A stretch of 64,000 nucleotides of DNA, taken from assembly GCA_030704615.1 (NCBI GenBank), contig CM060732.1, positions 80,228,001-80,292,000 on the forward strand, read 5' to 3'. This document shows, piece after piece, positions 61,801 to 64,000 of the stretch; positions within the stretch are counted from its first letter, which is position 1; the number at the start of each line of letters is the position of its first letter. The position numbers were made by a program, and so were the translations under genes. Under the pieces are notes generated by a model. It was not told where the DNA came from. It made no database searches and worked only from the letters and a program-made list of their open reading frames with translations. This DNA is from Takakia lepidozioides. Taxonomy: Eukaryota > Plantae > Bryophyta.

Positions 61801-63420
61801 CTTTCGGCGAAACAGGGGCTGTGTGGATCATATCTTCACTCTAAGCCAGATTATCCAGGAAGGGAAGGGAAACCCACTTATGTCTTTTTCCTGGATGTCA
61901 AAAAGGCTTATGACACAGTGTGGAGATGGCCTATGGTTCCGCCTCTGGTCTTGTGGGATCAAGGGAAAGATGTGGAGAGTTGTCCACAACTTGTATGCTC
62001 ACCAAAAGCTGTGTCACTGTTAACGGACAGAAGTCCAACTTCTTTGACATAGACCAAGGTGTAGCTCAAGGATGTACTCTCTCCCCTCTGCTCTTCAATG
62101 TTTTCATCAATCAACTCCTCGAGGATGAAAGTGAGGGATTTGGGTTAAGGGTGGGTGATACCACCATACCAGCCCTTATGTTTGCGGATGAGAGATGAGG
62201 TTTGCTTTGTCATTAGACCTGCCTTGGAGTACGGATCTGCTATATGGGTTGATAACTCCAACCAGGCTAAGTCTCTAGAATCCATTCAAGTGGGGGTGCT
62301 TAAGGAGTGTATGTCAGCATGCTCCAAAACAGCCAATGTGGCTGTTCGGGGTGAGTTTGGCATTCCGTCCTTAAGCTCCCGACGAGATGAATTCAAGGTC
62401 AGATGGTGGGGTCAGCTGCAACATATGCCCAACACCAGATATCCTAAGTTAATCGACTCTATATCTTGGAAACAGGACCGCCCCTGTCAAACAGGCTAAG
62501 TCCTGGCAGAAGAGAGTAGAAGAGATCCTCAAGGACCTGGACCTGGATCCGCAAGTCTTGACCCTGCTGGATAAATCTGACTTAGAGGCTGTAGTGTCCT
62601 CAGCCATGTCTGTTGCCATGAGATTGTCTGATGAAAATGAAGTTAGGCAGAAAACTTCCCTGAACTTGTTTCCAGTCTGTGACATGGGGGAGGACATCTT
62701 GGATGACCTCAAGGGTCTACCCACTCTCGGCACTAGACTGAAATTTAAACTCAGGGCAGGAAGCCTACCTTTGAACAGCAAACAGAAGCAGAGAGGAAAG
62801 GGAGAGTGCAATTGCCCGTTGTGTGGGCAATCTGAAGACAGTATTCATTTTCTGATACACTGTCCGGGGTTCTCTCACCAAAGAGACGCTCTCTTCAAAT
62901 CTATTAAGGGAATTGTGCCTGTACCCCTGTTTACCAACTTTGAAAGTCTCGAGGCTGAGCCAAAAGCCCAGGCCCTCCTGAGGCCTAGTTTTTGGGCAAA
63001 TCACACACAGCAGATTGATGCTTGTGTGAAGGGATTTCTAGAGGATATCTGGAAAACCCGGATTAATTCTTTATATGGAGGTAAGTCTTACTACCAACGT
63101 CAGCCCCTGACAGAGGTAGGTTCTGTCCCTTTTGTTCCCGCTCAAACTGGGCGCGGGGTCAATGGCCACAAGGCTACGGCAAACAACGTCTTATGAGTAC
63201 AATCTCTGGGACACCCTGCAGCGTGAGGACTGCCTGTGCCCCGCTTGCAGGTGGAACAACAAGAGGGAAATTGAAAGTGAAGAACATTTCTTCTTTCACT
63301 GTCCTTTCTACTATGAGATCCATGGGAGATACTATATTTTCTATTCCAAGATAGCCAATAACTGGTACAGAGGTGTTCCATTATGCGGATCAGAAATGCT
63401 TAGCAACATATCTGCATGAA
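58900..63420 (+). mobile_element. Degenerate APE-type LINE (RTE-X/CR1-like)
   Basis: Putative ORF1 59008-59628; endonuclease motifs QETW, GVGF, GDF, IVDYII, SDHFLV; RT motifs KAGGPDGI, NYRGITLL, QAGFR, FLDVKKAYDTV, GVAQGCTLSPLLFNVFI, MFAD; C-terminal CPLC..EDSIHFLIHCP. Confidence 0.9.
59470..59890. repeat. Tandem repeat of about 145 bp (3 copies) between LINE ORF1 and ORF2
   Basis: CCCTAAGTGT..GA.CCTGAACGTC..GAAGGATTTGGTAC..TTTACCAATCCTCAA..ACACAAGAC repeated three times. Confidence 0.85.
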
Positions 63421-63654
63421 GCGTTCACTCGTAGACAATCTCTTGATCAATAGTTTTTTTCCAGCTGCTTGTGGAGAGACCCTGTTTCTTTCTTGTTTCA
63501 GCTTTCTCTTGTCCCATAAGCTCTTTTGAGCTTTCCACGCACGTTATAAAATATCACTTTATTTCATTTCTTCTTTCCTTCTCTCTCTGGTGGTTCTACC
63601 GCATTGTTCTGCTTGTGCCCTTTAGGCCTCTTAATCGACTCTACATCTTGGAAG

Positions 63655-64000
63655 CAGGATCGCCCTGTCAAACAGGCTAAGTCGTGGCAAAAGATGGTAG
63701 AAGAGATTTTCAAGGATCTGAATCTAAGTCCGCAAGTCTTGACCCTGCTGCTAATCTGACTTAGAGGCTGCAGTGTCCAAAGCCATGTCTGTTCCCAGGA
63801 AATTGTCTGATGAAAATGAAGTTAGGCAGAAAACTTCCCTGAACTTGTTTCCAGTCTGTGAGGCCATCATGGATGACCTCAAGGGTTTACCCACTCTGGG
63901 CACTAGACTGAAATTTAAACTCAGGGCAGGAAGCCTACCTTTGAACAGCAAACAGGTGCAGAGAGGAAAGGGGGATTGCAAATGCCCCTTGCGTGGGCAA
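63655..64000 (+). mobile_element. Second copy of the LINE 3' region
   Basis: Near-duplicate of about 62470-62830. Confidence 0.85.

Overview
Eukaryotic, transposon-dense window from a non-seed land plant. A bryophyte or fern-grade genome is inferred from the PLS-DYW PPR fragments, CRE-type LINE and DNMT-bearing retroelement debris. The only clearly intact gene is a single-exon group I (DREB-A6/RAP2.4-like) AP2/ERF transcription factor (40630-42639, +) with an ATG-free leader of about 1.2 kb. An intact terminal LRR exon of a probable NLR-type gene lies at 57651-58427 (-). The rest is nested mobile DNA: a MULE transposase pseudogene and related AGTCTG-rich element pieces, at least four CACTA elements (two with both TIRs and 3-bp TSDs: 12082-20358 and 49326-54170), a Ty3/gypsy element (27886-34671), a CRE-like LINE tail and an APE-type LINE. 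The gypsy element has an internal inversion and an inserted C5 DNA methyltransferase fragment. The most striking signal is a pseudogene (48092-55620, -) in which OSB-type PDF single-stranded-DNA-binding motifs run in frame into a PLS-PPR-E-DYW RNA-editing protein. Pieces of the same PDF/PPR family, plus ribosomal protein eS1 (S3a) exon fragments, are carried as cargo inside CACTA elements. All protein assignments come from motif recognition by eye; no searches were run.
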